Positions 10,091 through 20,354 of a stretch of 64,000 nt of DNA are shown piece after piece. Source of the DNA: a virus. Each line of letters begins with the position of its first letter. The first letter of the stretch is position 1. The position numbers and the translations under genes were made by a program. The DNA lies in the IMG/VR virus record IMGVR_UViG_3300045988_182554, positions 1 to 64,000 of that record; one strand, written 5' to 3'. The notes beneath the pieces are model-generated. The model was not told the origin of the DNA. It searched no databases and saw only the letters and a list, made by a program, of their open reading frames with translations.

Positions 10091-11785
10091 GTGACAAAAA
10101 AGAACATTTTCCCTGTGGTTGCAACCATTGCTGTGGTAGGCGTTGTTCTCGGCGTGTTTTCGACGACTGTGCTGCGCGACTCGAATGTCAGCATCAGCAC
10201 GATGACTTCCGAGCAGGCATATGCCAACTTGAGCAGCAAGATGAAGCGCATCGGCGTGCAGGAGGTCAAGGTCAATCCTCAGCAGCTGGATGTCTCTGAA
10301 TTCCTTGATGCAAAGGATGAACTGCCCGACATTGAATCCTCCTACCCATTCGTGGTCGTAGGAAACGGAGATGTGAACATCGAAATCTTTTCCTCTGGCG
10401 AGAAAGCAGCAGAGTCCGGCTCAGATTCTTTCCTGACCGAAATGGCAAAGAAGTTCAACGCCCAGCACAACAAGACTTCCGGAGACAAGACTATGAGTGT
10501 CTCCCTGCGCTCCATTCCGTCCGGTACGGCGGCTGAGTACATCTCGACGGGAAAGTATCAGCCCGAGTGCTATACCCCCTCAAATACGCTCTTTGGCGAG
10601 CTGGTGAAGAACGAGGGCGTAGAATTGACCGTTGAGGCTGACCGTCTGGTCGGCAATGTGGCGGGTATTCTCGTATCAAAGAAGACAGGGGATATGCTTC
10701 GCTCTGAATACGGTGAAGCGTCTGTTTCTTCCGTTCTGAACGCAACCATCGATGGCAAACTCATGATGGGATACTCGAACCCCTACACAAGTGCTACGGG
10801 TCTTAATTTTCTGCTTGAGGCTCTTGCGAGCAGCGGCAGCGATACGATTGTCGATACGGCTGCTGTTGAGAATTTCCAGAAATTTCAAGCGAACGTCCCT
10901 CTCGTATCCTTCACGACCCAGCAGATGGTCCAGTCGGCAGACAAGGGCATCGTGGACGGCGTTGTCATGGAGTATCAGTCTTATCAGAATGACCCGACCT
11001 TACAGCGCAACTACGAGTTCATCCCGTTCGGTGTACGGCACGATAATCCTCTGTATTCCATCGGGAATGTCTCTGCGGAGAAGAAGGAAGTTATTGCTGC
11101 CTTCGTTTCCTTCTGCGCTCAGAACCAGGCAGAGGCGACCAAGGACGGATTCAATGGTCTTGACGACTATGCTTATACAGGCAAGGCATACGACGGCAAC
11201 ACCATCGCACAGGCTCAGAGTGTCTGGAAAGAAGAGAAGGATTCCGGTATTCCTATTGTGGCAGAGTTCGTTGTCGATACTTCCGGCTCAATGCGCGGCG
11301 AACCCCTGAATGCCCTGAAAACCGCGATGATAAACACCATCCAGTATATCAATGACGACAACTATATCGGCATCATTGGCTTTGATTCAGATGTCAGGGA
11401 ATACCTGCCCATTGACCAGTTCTCTCTGACCCAGAAAACTCTGTATAAGGGTGCCGTGAACTCCCTCGATGCGAACGGCAGCACCGCAATGTACAACGGT
11501 CTTTGCGTTGCTATGGACCGCATCTACCAGAAATCTCAGGAACTGGGTGGGAATTGCACGCCCATCATCTTTGTGCTCACGGACGGTGACAACAATACCG
11601 GATATGGCTTCTCCGATACGAAGAACATCATTGCCGGTATGGATATCCCCATTTACACCATCAGCTACAACTACGCAGCGGATAGTCTTTCGGAGCTCGC
11701 TTCCATCAACGAAGCGGCAGCTATCGTCGGCAACAGCGAGGATATCACCTACAAGCTCCGCAACCTGTTTAACGCAGAGATGTAA
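10091..11785 (+). CDS. membrane-anchored von Willebrand factor type A (VWA) domain protein
   Basis: GTG start after AAAGGAG; N-terminal TM; C-terminal VWA with MIDAS-like DTSGSM, TAMYNGL, IIFVLTDGDNN. Confidence 0.8.
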   Translation: MTKKNIFPVVATIAVVGVVLGVFSTTVLRDSNVSISTMTSEQAYANLSSKMKRIGVQEVKVNPQQLDVSEFLDAKDELPDIESSYPFVVVGNGDVNIEIFSSGEKAAESGSDSFLTEMAKKFNAQHNKTSGDKTMSVSLRSIPSGTAAEYISTGKYQPECYTPSNTLFGELVKNEGVELTVEADRLVGNVAGILVSKKTGDMLRSEYGEASVSSVLNATIDGKLMMGYSNPYTSATGLNFLLEALASSGSDTIVDTAAVENFQKFQANVPLVSFTTQQMVQSADKGIVDGVVMEYQSYQNDPTLQRNYEFIPFGVRHDNPLYSIGNVSAEKKEVIAAFVSFCAQNQAEATKDGFNGLDDYAYTGKAYDGNTIAQAQSVWKEEKDSGIPIVAEFVVDTSGSMRGEPLNALKTAMINTIQYINDDNYIGIIGFDSDVREYLPIDQFSLTQKTLYKGAVNSLDANGSTAMYNGLCVAMDRIYQKSQELGGNCTPIIFVLTDGDNNTGYGFSDTKNIIAGMDIPIYTISYNYAADSLSELASINEAAAIVGNSEDITYKLRNLFNAEM

Positions 11786-11823
11786 CTCAAAAGCGCGGTT
11801 TTGTCCGCGCAGCTGCTCCAAAA

Positions 11824-11855
11824 GACAGCCTCCACGCGGCGAGCAGCGGGCAACG
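11824..11855 (+). repeat. conserved leader motif copy 1 (ACAGCCTCCACGCGGCG-N-GGGCAAC)
   Basis: One of three related 30-nt elements (with 55152 and 56961), each embedded in a local stem. Confidence 0.5.
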
Positions 11856-11904
11856 GGAGACAGTTCCGGCAAATTGTCTTTGAGACGGAAGGAGGAAGTG
11901 CCCT

Positions 11905-12294
11905 ATGCGAGTACAACAGGTTCCGAACTCACCCTATTTCATCCATTACGACGATGAGGGCTTTTGCTGTATATCCAAAAGCAGAGAAAGCCAAGAACCT
12001 ATCCCGGAATCTGAGATGCAAGCGTTCCTTGATGCAGTAGCCAATGGCCTGCTTTATATCGAAAAGGAACGAAAGAGCAGATACCAGCGCATCGACGAGG
12101 CCGAAAAAGCAGCTTTTGCCAAAGGCGAAGCGAAAGGTAGGGAGGATGAGCTCCTTTCCACGGTTAGAGAACTGAAAGAAGTACAAGCGTCAAGAGCAGA
12201 GTATGAGCGCAAGCTGCAATATGAAGTATATGCTCATCATACTTCGCACACCACGAAAACCGAGTGGGTTCGCCTTGGTCGTGGAGGATGGTGA
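11905..12294 (+). CDS. hypothetical protein
   Basis: GGAAGGAGGAAG RBS; 129 aa. Confidence 0.5.
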   Translation: MRVQQVPNSPYFIHYDDEGFCCISKSRESQEPIPESEMQAFLDAVANGLLYIEKERKSRYQRIDEAEKAAFAKGEAKGREDELLSTVRELKEVQASRAEYERKLQYEVYAHHTSHTTKTEWVRLGRGGW

Positions 12295-12299
12295 TTGAC

Positions 12300-12560
12300 A
12301 TGATGGGAAGCATTCCGATTCCGAATACAAGATTTTATCTGACCAGCATCGATGGAAAAAAGTGGTTCGTAACAGAATACTACAGAACCGCACCATTTAA
12401 CCCCGACAAAGAGACCTATGACTTGTACAAGGAGTTTGCGGAAGCATTCAGAAAGAACGAGATGGAGGAACAGGAGTTTCAGGAGGAGCTCAAAAAGGCC
12501 GTCAATAAAGCTTACGGAAACGGCTTATACGCCGGACGGCATAGTATTGATTTCGGCTGA
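12300..12560 (+). CDS. hypothetical protein
   Basis: GGAGGA RBS 8 nt upstream of ATG. Confidence 0.45.
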   Translation: MMGSIPIPNTRFYLTSIDGKKWFVTEYYRTAPFNPDKETYDLYKEFAEAFRKNEMEEQEFQEELKKAVNKAYGNGLYAGRHSIDFG

Positions 12561-12606
12561 ACCGAACAAGAAAAGAAAAACGGCACAGGAAAGCGGCAGA
12601 ACGAAT

Positions 12607-12852
12607 ATGAGCATAGCAAAAATCGAAACTGCATCAGGCGTAACGCTGCTTCTCAACGGCAAAACAGTTTTCGCCTCAGATGATACCTCATACTGGATGC
12701 AGGGGTCTAAAATCATCGACGAAAACGGTTGGATTTGTGGTAACGCCGAGACTATCCGAGATGCCCTGTGCATAGTCTTGGCAAAGTACGGCGGGCTAAA
12801 GGGAAACAGCGCAAAACAAACAAAACCAGTAAAGGCGGTGAGAGCATGGTAG
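12607..12852 (+). CDS. small hypothetical protein, paralog 1 of a tandem triplet
   Basis: MSIAKIETASGVTLLLNGKTVFASDD...LAKYGG shares pattern with the next two ORFs. Confidence 0.5.
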   Translation: MSIAKIETASGVTLLLNGKTVFASDDTSYWMQGSKIIDENGWICGNAETIRDALCIVLAKYGGLKGNSAKQTKPVKAVRAW

Positions 12853-13037
12853 TATATACGAAATCAGGCGTGACGGTGAATTGCTGCGGTAATCTCTTCA
12901 TTGCATCGGACGGCAAAACCTACAACCTCTGCGGCAGGATGCTGACCTGCAGCGGCAAGGTCATTAGCTACAACTGTCAGTCGAAAGACGAAGCACTGGG
13001 TACGGTCGTGGGACTGTACGGCGGTCGAAGGTTCTAG
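12846..13037 (+). CDS. small hypothetical protein, paralog 2
   Basis: MVVYTKSGVTVNCCGNLFIASDGKTY...VVGLYGG. Confidence 0.5.
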   Translation: MVVYTKSGVTVNCCGNLFIASDGKTYNLCGRMLTCSGKVISYNCQSKDEALGTVVGLYGGRRF

Positions 13038-13047
13038 GAGGTACAAT

Positions 13048-13257
13048 ATGCAAACGGTCATGACAAACAGAGACGTAGAGCTACGTGTGGAAAGCAGCAT
13101 CATTTACACAACCGATTCGAAGGCGTTCTGGCGCAGCGGCAACATGCTGGTCGGAAACGGCACGGTCGTCAGCTACCAGTGCCACTCGATGGATGAGGCG
13201 GTCGATATGGTCGCCGCCTTGTACAATGGCAGAAAAACAGAAGCAGCGCAAGCATAA
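13048..13257 (+). CDS. small hypothetical protein, paralog 3
   Basis: TAGGAGG RBS; SSIIYTTDSKAFW...MVAALYNG. Confidence 0.55.
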   Translation: MQTVMTNRDVELRVESSIIYTTDSKAFWRSGNMLVGNGTVVSYQCHSMDEAVDMVAALYNGRKTEAAQA

Positions 13258-13407
13258 CCATCCTGCAAAAATATATGCCGTTCATCTTTTTGGGTGGACG
13301 GCTTTTTGTTTTGTGAATACAGCGATTCAGTGGCGAAGCGAGCCGATTTTACCAGCAGTTTGATATTCTGCGGCATGATTTCCAGCAGTTTGATACTCTG
13401 TGGGCAG

Positions 13408-13435
13408 TTGCACAGCCGTGCAAATTGCATACAAT
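13408..13435 (+). promoter_or_regulatory. promoter-operator copy 3 (TTGCAC-16-TACAAT), palindromic variant TGCAAATTGCA
   Basis: Upstream of the 13778 NTPase gene with about 340-nt leader. Confidence 0.55.
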
Positions 13436-13777
13436 GGGAATTGGAGAACAAAAAAAGCGATGCAAGGATGTATTTGCAATAAATATGGCGGCTGTTTTTG
13501 GTATTCACGAAACAACACGAAATTAAACGAAACGCGAAGAGGATACAAGAAAAGACGAATGAAATCCAGCTGAGGCGGATAATACTTGCGCCGAGTGGTT
13601 TGAAGTCCGGACAATGGGACAGCTAAAGTGGTAAAATAAAACTAGGAATACCTAAAATCAGATTTAACCGAAAAAACAAAAACCATGAATGAATAATTGG
13701 TTGCTAAAAAGTAACCGCTCGCTTTTATACCCAAACCAACAAATGACCCAAATCTGTTTAGGAAGGATAGGCACAAA

Positions 13778-15943
13778 ATGGCAAGAAGGAAAACAAACGA
13801 CTTGGAAAATCAGATGTCGCTCATGGACATGATGGCATCGAAAAGCCCCGAATATACCGAAGAAGGCCCGGAAGAACTCTTGGACCCCGGCGAGGACATG
13901 GAGGACAGTGAAGGGCAGACGGATAAGCCCTTCAAACTCGTGGCGAACAAGACCACGAAGGCAAAGGCGAGCATCTCCACGCAGGCGTTGAGTGTTGTGA
14001 AGGCGGTATATGCTGATACGGTCGAAACGAATTGGGAAGAATTGTTTGACGGGTTCGACAGACTCTATGCTATCACTTTTTCGTCCGGTATCGAGTTCGT
14101 GAATAAGGTCATCAACAAGTTCTCGTATGCGGAAGTCGTGTTCGGATGCGAGAAAATCATCGCCAACGACATTGCTGCCATCATGTCGGTGCAAATCGAC
14201 AGCGTGCAGCGGCTCGCTAAGTCTAAGTCGGCAGGAAACCTTGCGAACCGCCTCGATGACGGGTCCTTGCAGCTGTATGTATCGCGGGACACGAAATCGC
14301 ACGAGAAAATCTTTATCTTGGAGAGCGCTGACCATAAGCGTGTCCGAGTCATCACCGGCAGTGCGAATATGTCGGCATCGGCGTTTTGCGGCATTCAGCG
14401 AGAGAATATCGTCTGCTTCGATGACGAGGCGGCATTTTCGCATTACAAGGTTCTGTTCGAGACCTTCAAGGAGACCTGCTCCGACAATGTCTCCTATAAG
14501 GCAGTCGTGAACACCATGAACCAGGAAGATTATCTGAAAGAGAACATCAAAGAAGTGCCCGTCTTTCAGTCTATTGAAAAGCAGAAGCTTGTCTTTCTGG
14601 AACAGGCACAGCCTGAGGATGAGGTCGAATACGAGATAGTTGCCGATGTCAAGAAAATGCAGGAACTCGTCAAGCCAATCATGCCTAAGATGCCGGTACA
14701 GGCGAATCGTATTGTAGTGGCAGCGGAACCGATGCGCGTTTTCGGGAAACGATATACCGAGGTGCGGCGTGTGGCAGCTGAGGCAGTTAAGCAGCTCCCG
14801 AAATTACATATCGACTATGATGCCGGGACCATGACCTTCAACGACGAGAATATCGACCTCAATCCGAATCTCAGCGAGGTGGCAAAGAACATCAAGAGCA
14901 TCCAGAAGTTCTTCTCAGGCATGGACTACTTTTACGGCGATGTCGAACAGGCCAAGAAGGACTACTTCAAGTACATGACCTGGTATCTGGCTACTCCGTT
15001 CATGGCGTATCTGCGGTATTTCGCATCGAGGAACAACTACGATACGAAGCTGTTCCCGATGTACGGCGTTATATACGGCGACTCAAACGGCGGCAAGACG
15101 ACCTTTATAAAATTTCTTGTCAAACTCATGTGCGGTGAGACCGTTAAGATGAACACGACGGAGGATTTCACAGCCACAAGAATCGACGGCCTCAAACGAG
15201 TTTGTGAGGGACTGCCGCTGAACATCGACGACCTCGCCAAGACCCAGTTTCAGAACCATTCAGAACGGGTAATCAAGAACGATGAATGGGGTATCTCGGA
15301 CAGGCTCGTGAACTATCCTGCTGTATCTATCACATCGAATAAAATTACCTCGCTGACAAAAGACCTCTCGAAACGTGCTATCATCTGTCGAATTGGTGCT
15401 AAAATCGACAACGAGCGCGGTGCCAAGAACTCGAAGCGTGTGAATGAGAGTATGTCGGAGCTGACAACCGCGTTCTATGGCGAATATGTCCGCCGAATGC
15501 TTGTTTGCATCGATGAGATGACGACGGAAATGCGTGAAAATGCGAATGGCAAGGAATACTTCCCGGATATCTTCCACGCTTCGTCTAGTGTCATTGCAGA
15601 TATCTTCGAGGCATGCGGAATCGATTTGCCGGACTATGTGCGTATCCTGTACTATAACGACTATATGGGTGATGAGAGCATTGGTCGTGCTGCAATTGAG
15701 AAAATCGAACTGGCATGGCAGGCTGACCCGAGCAAGTTCCGGGTTGATAAGAAGCAGAACAGGCTCATTTACTCCTATCCGCCGGATGGACCGTGGTACG
15801 AACTGAAATACATTGCAGATGAGCTGCCGAACTCCCTCGAAGCAGAGATTTCTGGCGGCAACCAGCTTATCATGAACTACGAGCAGGCACAGGAATTGTT
15901 CGGCATCAAGTTTCGGCGCTGGCTGGGCATCTTTAACCTCTAA
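13778..15943 (+). CDS. large P-loop NTPase with N-terminal domain carrying a degenerate HKD/PLD-like motif
   Basis: Walker A GDSNGGKTTF, Walker B-like LNIDDL (helicase/primase-like); N-terminal ESADHKRVRVITGSANMS. Confidence 0.7.
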   Translation: MARRKTNDLENQMSLMDMMASKSPEYTEEGPEELLDPGEDMEDSEGQTDKPFKLVANKTTKAKASISTQALSVVKAVYADTVETNWEELFDGFDRLYAITFSSGIEFVNKVINKFSYAEVVFGCEKIIANDIAAIMSVQIDSVQRLAKSKSAGNLANRLDDGSLQLYVSRDTKSHEKIFILESADHKRVRVITGSANMSASAFCGIQRENIVCFDDEAAFSHYKVLFETFKETCSDNVSYKAVVNTMNQEDYLKENIKEVPVFQSIEKQKLVFLEQAQPEDEVEYEIVADVKKMQELVKPIMPKMPVQANRIVVAAEPMRVFGKRYTEVRRVAAEAVKQLPKLHIDYDAGTMTFNDENIDLNPNLSEVAKNIKSIQKFFSGMDYFYGDVEQAKKDYFKYMTWYLATPFMAYLRYFASRNNYDTKLFPMYGVIYGDSNGGKTTFIKFLVKLMCGETVKMNTTEDFTATRIDGLKRVCEGLPLNIDDLAKTQFQNHSERVIKNDEWGISDRLVNYPAVSITSNKITSLTKDLSKRAIICRIGAKIDNERGAKNSKRVNESMSELTTAFYGEYVRRMLVCIDEMTTEMRENANGKEYFPDIFHASSSVIADIFEACGIDLPDYVRILYYNDYMGDESIGRAAIEKIELAWQADPSKFRVDKKQNRLIYSYPPDGPWYELKYIADELPNSLEAEISGGNQLIMNYEQAQELFGIKFRRWLGIFNL

Positions 15944-15994
15944 TATGCATGGCAGGTTCTTTTCGGAGCCTGCCTTCTTATTTCGCAAAAATAG

Positions 15995-16022
15995 TTGCCC
16001 ATTTGTGCGAATTGCAGACAAT
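15995..16022 (+). promoter_or_regulatory. promoter-operator copy 4 (TTGCCC-16-GACAAT)
   Basis: Spacer TGTGCGAATTGCA. Confidence 0.6.
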
Positions 16023-16096
16023 CAGAAATAAAGCGTAAAGCAAAGGAGCTGAGTACCATCTCAAAATTTGCAAGCAAAAAGTTGATTGAGCGAAAT

Positions 16097-16549
16097 TGGA
16101 ATATCATGAAAGACTACGGCAACGGCTATTCCATTGAGGAGCTTGCCGCAAAATACAGGTTGAGCGTCCGTACATGCTATCGAGCGTTAGACGACGCGAA
16201 ACAGAAGGCCAGAATTCAGTTGGCGCAGGTAGAGGATGCCAGAAAAGCTGAAATCCTTGCGGCATACAAGAACAGTGTCCCTCTCAAGGAAATGATTGCG
16301 AAATTTAACGTGGCAGAAGGATATTGCAGCATGGTTGCCAACGATGCGGGCCTGACTGAAAACCGTAGAAATGAGCGCATCAAAATTCGGCAAAAACCCC
16401 GCAATGAGAATATCTTTCGAGAATACGAGAGTGGCGTGCCGGTGCAGAAACTATCCGAAAAATATCAGCTCTCGGTTCCGGGCATTTACAAAGTGATTCA
16501 AAGAGTCAGAAAGCAGAAGGAGGCGATGGAGTTTTGCAATGGATTGTGA
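16097..16549 (+). CDS. tandem HTH-repeat protein (3 repeats), start uncertain
   Basis: Three repeats of the pattern x-EELA-KY-LS-x-TCYR (sigma-70 region 4 / resolvase-type HTH-like). Confidence 0.6.
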   Translation, partial: WNIMKDYGNGYSIEELAAKYRLSVRTCYRALDDAKQKARIQLAQVEDARKAEILAAYKNSVPLKEMIAKFNVAEGYCSMVANDAGLTENRRNERIKIRQKPRNENIFREYESGVPVQKLSEKYQLSVPGIYKVIQRVRKQKEAMEFCNGL

Positions 16550-17172
16550 AGCAAACCAAATCGAAAGGATATGAGTTCACCTTCGATATCGTGAAAGGCA
16601 AGGCCGTTATCGGGCAGGCACACTATATCCCGAAATTGCTACGGCAGGGTTATGGCATCCGGCTGAATGATTCCAAGTTCCTGCTGCAATACATGCCAGC
16701 TGCTGACGCAAGGGCGTACATGCGCGGCATCAACACGAAAGATATTCTGAGACACCCTTTTGCTATCCGTGAGAACAACTGCACGGTAGGCGAGATTTCC
16801 GTCATCCATACAAAAACCGGATTCCTCCAAGGATACAATTCTATCGCCATGCAGCTGTATGGCGAGGAATACCAGAGCTACAAAATCGGCTTTGGAAAAG
16901 AAGGAGTATGCTGCCCTGTATTCCTTTGCGGTCAGCAAATCGCCCAAATCAATAAGAGCGCGGTGGTCAAGGACAATCTGGATGAATACCTGATTTACGC
17001 AGTGAATGAAAAGGCACTGATGCCGTCCGTCATGTTCGCCATTTATATCGATGGGATATACTACGCAAACCGAGGCATGTATGTGGATGACGCAACGACT
17101 ATCAACTGCGAATACAGCTTGAACGAGGAAGTCCTGTCCCACTACGACCCGAATTTTGTCAAGGGACTATGA
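16534..17172 (+). CDS. hypothetical protein (TTG or nearby GTG start)
   Basis: GAAGGAGG 10 nt upstream of TTG; 212 aa. Confidence 0.5.
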   Translation: MQWIVKQTKSKGYEFTFDIVKGKAVIGQAHYIPKLLRQGYGIRLNDSKFLLQYMPAADARAYMRGINTKDILRHPFAIRENNCTVGEISVIHTKTGFLQGYNSIAMQLYGEEYQSYKIGFGKEGVCCPVFLCGQQIAQINKSAVVKDNLDEYLIYAVNEKALMPSVMFAIYIDGIYYANRGMYVDDATTINCEYSLNEEVLSHYDPNFVKGL

Positions 17173-17205
17173 CTCCGATAACTGGTATTCACAGACAATA
17201 TCATG

Positions 17206-17233
17206 TTGCGAAACTGTGCGAATCGCAGACAAT
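17206..17233 (+). promoter_or_regulatory. promoter-operator copy 5 (TTGCGA-16-GACAAT), palindrome TGCGAATCGCA
   Basis: Upstream of 17273 gene. Confidence 0.6.
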
Positions 17234-17272
17234 TAAAAGTGAATGAATTACAAAAGCTACAGAGGATAAACA

Positions 17273-17869
17273 ATGAGCTATGAACCCATTATCACACCGG
17301 GCAGGAATTTCTTTCTTGTCTCGACGGAGTACAAAGAGAGCTGCTCTGCCTGGTGCCGCAAGCAAATTAGAGCGACACTGAGGACCTGTCAGGGACGAGT
17401 CATCATCATTGATGCAACGGGCGAGTACGCGGACTTGGCGCTTGAACATGACAGATTGATTCGAGAGAAAATCCCGTCCATCATTTATCGGTATAAGCTG
17501 GTGGACGGGAAACCGTATATTGCTCATGTCATTGAAGTTGATACGGAAGCAAATGAAGCACCGCACCTGATTGTATACGATATCAGCCGGACCATAATCA
17601 CCAGCTGGAAGGTCGGCGTAGAGGCAATTGATAAAATCCTGCAATCCTATGCCGTGATGCGGGACAGTGAAATCGCGTGGTTGTATGTTCCGCTGGACTT
17701 ATATACCAATGTCAAGCCTGAAACCGAATCCTGGAACATTCTGGAACGAACTATCAAGGGTAATGAAGGCAAGCTCATGACAGTACTGACGACTCGCAAA
17801 TTCACCATTGGGATGGTCCAGCGCTGTTTGCATATGACAAAAAATAAACTTTTGGAGGATAGCAAATGA
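17273..17869 (+). CDS. hypothetical protein
   Basis: AGAGGA RBS; 198 aa. Confidence 0.55.
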   Translation: MSYEPIITPGRNFFLVSTEYKESCSAWCRKQIRATLRTCQGRVIIIDATGEYADLALEHDRLIREKIPSIIYRYKLVDGKPYIAHVIEVDTEANEAPHLIVYDISRTIITSWKVGVEAIDKILQSYAVMRDSEIAWLYVPLDLYTNVKPETESWNILERTIKGNEGKLMTVLTTRKFTIGMVQRCLHMTKNKLLEDSK

Positions 17870-18753
17870 CCAATGAACAGCTGAGAATCGCATTGACGGC
17901 GAATGCCGTTACCAAACAAACCCGAAACCATTTTGGATTCAGTGACCCGTGTGGAAAAACGCTAGAAGAATACAACAAGTCCGCGATGCTGTGCTGCATG
18001 ACAGCGGCGCAGAGAATGAACACGCCGGGTTTTGAGCGTGTTTTGGCTGCGCAGATTTTTCCCTGCTTTACCATTGGCTGCTGGAATCAGACGAAGACGG
18101 TCTATGATTTTGACTACGAGTTTCAGAAAATGCTGATGGATACGGATGACGTGGCAATTCATCAGGATATCCTGCAGCGACTCCCGGTTCGTGATTTCTT
18201 TATCCCGGTGTATGACAGCTACGACTACAACGGTATGTTTGTGCATGTGGAATTCGACGAAAAAGAGAAAACCACAGCTTTCGGTATCGTTCTTGTCGGC
18301 CCCACTAAGGGCAGCCACGATGATTTCACGTTCCTGACTCTGCCTGCCTGGGCCAAAGAAAACCAGAGTTTGACGGAAGCAACCCGGAGTACGAAAGAAT
18401 ACCTGGAAAAGGCAGCAGGGCAGCGGCAAGTAAATGGTATCAGCGTACCGGCTGTGATGGAAGCAGTTCCTTCGGTCTTTGACGGCGGCACACCTTATGT
18501 CCGGCTGGCAATCCTGTGCGCCAACTATCTTGCCAGCAAGAACCCAGATGTCCGCCTTGAAACTTCCAAAAAGCGTGACCGCCCGGTATTCGTGTTTCAG
18601 GGAAAGGCACAGCGAATCAACGTCAAGACATATACCGTTGGTGAGAATGCGGCCAAAGAATACAAAAAGAATGGGGAAGGCAACCCCCCCCGCTGGCGGC
18701 ATTACTGGTGCGGCAATGGCCGGAAACGCCGGGAATGCAAGTTTATTTACTGA
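17866..18753 (+). CDS. hypothetical protein
   Basis: Overlaps previous stop by 4 nt (operonic); 295 aa. Confidence 0.55.
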   Translation: MTNEQLRIALTANAVTKQTRNHFGFSDPCGKTLEEYNKSAMLCCMTAAQRMNTPGFERVLAAQIFPCFTIGCWNQTKTVYDFDYEFQKMLMDTDDVAIHQDILQRLPVRDFFIPVYDSYDYNGMFVHVEFDEKEKTTAFGIVLVGPTKGSHDDFTFLTLPAWAKENQSLTEATRSTKEYLEKAAGQRQVNGISVPAVMEAVPSVFDGGTPYVRLAILCANYLASKNPDVRLETSKKRDRPVFVFQGKAQRINVKTYTVGENAAKEYKKNGEGNPPRWRHYWCGNGRKRRECKFIY

Positions 18754-18771
18754 TGGCGGTGAGGGTGAATC

Positions 18772-19479
18772 ATGGCTCCCCATACTTATCAGGACCCGAT
18801 TGGGTTCTATGAATGGTTCGATGACCTTCCTTATGCTATCCAGGATAGTATTCTGAAACACCTGCCGCATATGGAAGGCGAGGAATGGCTCATTGTCATT
18901 ATCCTTGCAGCTCTTCTTCTGATGATTCTGGTTTCAGCGTATCTGGGCTTTGCAAGACATAATGTCAAAAAAACGAGTGAACGACTCAACGCTTTGAAAG
19001 AGCTGAACAACACGACTGAATTCATGCCGGTCGAGGCGCAGTACCGCTACTATCTACGTTCTGATACGAAGCTGGAATACGAGGAGTTCTCGCTCCCGAA
19101 ATTCTTCCGCCGCGAAGTGAGAGAAAACTTTAAGCTGTTCAACACTCTTCTTGGCAATGCTCGGGCAAACACGGTATTGTATGAAACATACGGCCGCGAA
19201 ATCCAGGAACTCCCGGATTGGACAGAATCGGATGACGATTGCGGGCGGCATATCCCGTTCTTTCTCTACCACAACATCGAGAAAGAGTTGTACGATGAAA
19301 CTGTCCTGGACTGCCCTGTAACGAGCCCTGAGTTTGTCTGTACGAAAAGCTATCTGCCCAAAGATGCCAAAGAGCCGATTGAGACGGAAGAAACCTATAC
19401 ACTGGAGGAACTGGAAGAGTACATACGCCGCTTGAAGGTTGCAGCCGATGTCAAGAAGAACAGCCAGAACGCAGGCTGA
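18772..19479 (+). CDS. hypothetical protein with one TM helix
   Basis: RBS GGTGAGGGTGA; hydrophobic LIVIILAALLLMILVSAYLGF. Confidence 0.55.
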   Translation: MAPHTYQDPIGFYEWFDDLPYAIQDSILKHLPHMEGEEWLIVIILAALLLMILVSAYLGFARHNVKKTSERLNALKELNNTTEFMPVEAQYRYYLRSDTKLEYEEFSLPKFFRREVRENFKLFNTLLGNARANTVLYETYGREIQELPDWTESDDDCGRHIPFFLYHNIEKELYDETVLDCPVTSPEFVCTKSYLPKDAKEPIETEETYTLEELEEYIRRLKVAADVKKNSQNAG

Positions 19480-19619
19480 AAAAAAGTCAGCAGCCATAAG
19501 CAAGAGGCAGGGCCCTGTGTTTCATGGTTCCAGAACGTCTTCCCACCTGAACTTTAACAGCACTTTGATATTCTGCGGGTATTGACAAACAGCCAAAAAG
19601 GTGCTTGGGTCAAAAGCTC

Positions 19620-19647
19620 TTGCAAAAACGTACGATACCCGTACAAT
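19620..19647 (+). promoter_or_regulatory. promoter-operator copy 6, divergent spacer (TTGCAA-16-TACAAT; spacer CGTACGATACCCG)
   Basis: Upstream of 19688 gene. Confidence 0.45.
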
Positions 19648-19687
19648 AAGCACAAACAAAATAACGAATGAATAGGAGATACATACC

Positions 19688-20296
19688 ATGAGTGAACAGA
19701 ATACCAATGCTCAGCTCGAAGCTTATCGGAAGCTCGTTGACGATTTCAAGCGCTTCGTCAGTTCTGAAATTCGGGCAGAAGAGAACAGCTACAGGATTGT
19801 GGACATGACTTCCGAAGATGCCGAAATCGATGACCCGAGCGTTCCGGTGACTCAACTGGAGGACGAAAAAGCAGAGAAGCTTGCCGGTATTTGCATGGAC
19901 CTGTCCAATGCCACGCTGTGGCTCTACTACAACCGTGACAAATTTGCAAACGTCGAGTTTATGCCCCTGACTGATGAAACTCTGAAAGAATACCAGAAGC
20001 AGGCTCAGAATGCTCTGAATGAACCGAAGAGCCCTCTGTATCTGAAATCCTGGTATCAGCTCATTGAAATGTTGAGTCAGGAATGTATCCCGCAGCGCTA
20101 CGAGGACGACGGTCAGCGATATACAGACGTCTATGTGAACACCTATATGCTCATGTACCTGACCATGACCCGACTCAAGAACGGCGGAACCTTTACACGC
20201 CTTGCAAACGGGCAGGGAAGCGATGCTGTGAAAATCACGACCATCGCAATGTACTACTTCTCCAGCCTTTTGACGGTTCTCTGCACTGAATATTAA
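19688..20296 (+). CDS. hypothetical protein
   Basis: TAGGAGA RBS; 202 aa. Confidence 0.55.
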   Translation: MSEQNTNAQLEAYRKLVDDFKRFVSSEIRAEENSYRIVDMTSEDAEIDDPSVPVTQLEDEKAEKLAGICMDLSNATLWLYYNRDKFANVEFMPLTDETLKEYQKQAQNALNEPKSPLYLKSWYQLIEMLSQECIPQRYEDDGQRYTDVYVNTYMLMYLTMTRLKNGGTFTRLANGQGSDAVKITTIAMYYFSSLLTVLCTEY

Positions 20297-20354
20297 GAAA
20301 TTTTTTCCCGTGTGAGCAGCGACGCTCATGCGGGAATTTTTTTGTAATTTTCTA

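Noticed and set aside
10791-11309. Arg/Ser-rich 172-aa plus ORF
   Set aside because: Alternative frame inside the VWA gene; low-complexity translation.
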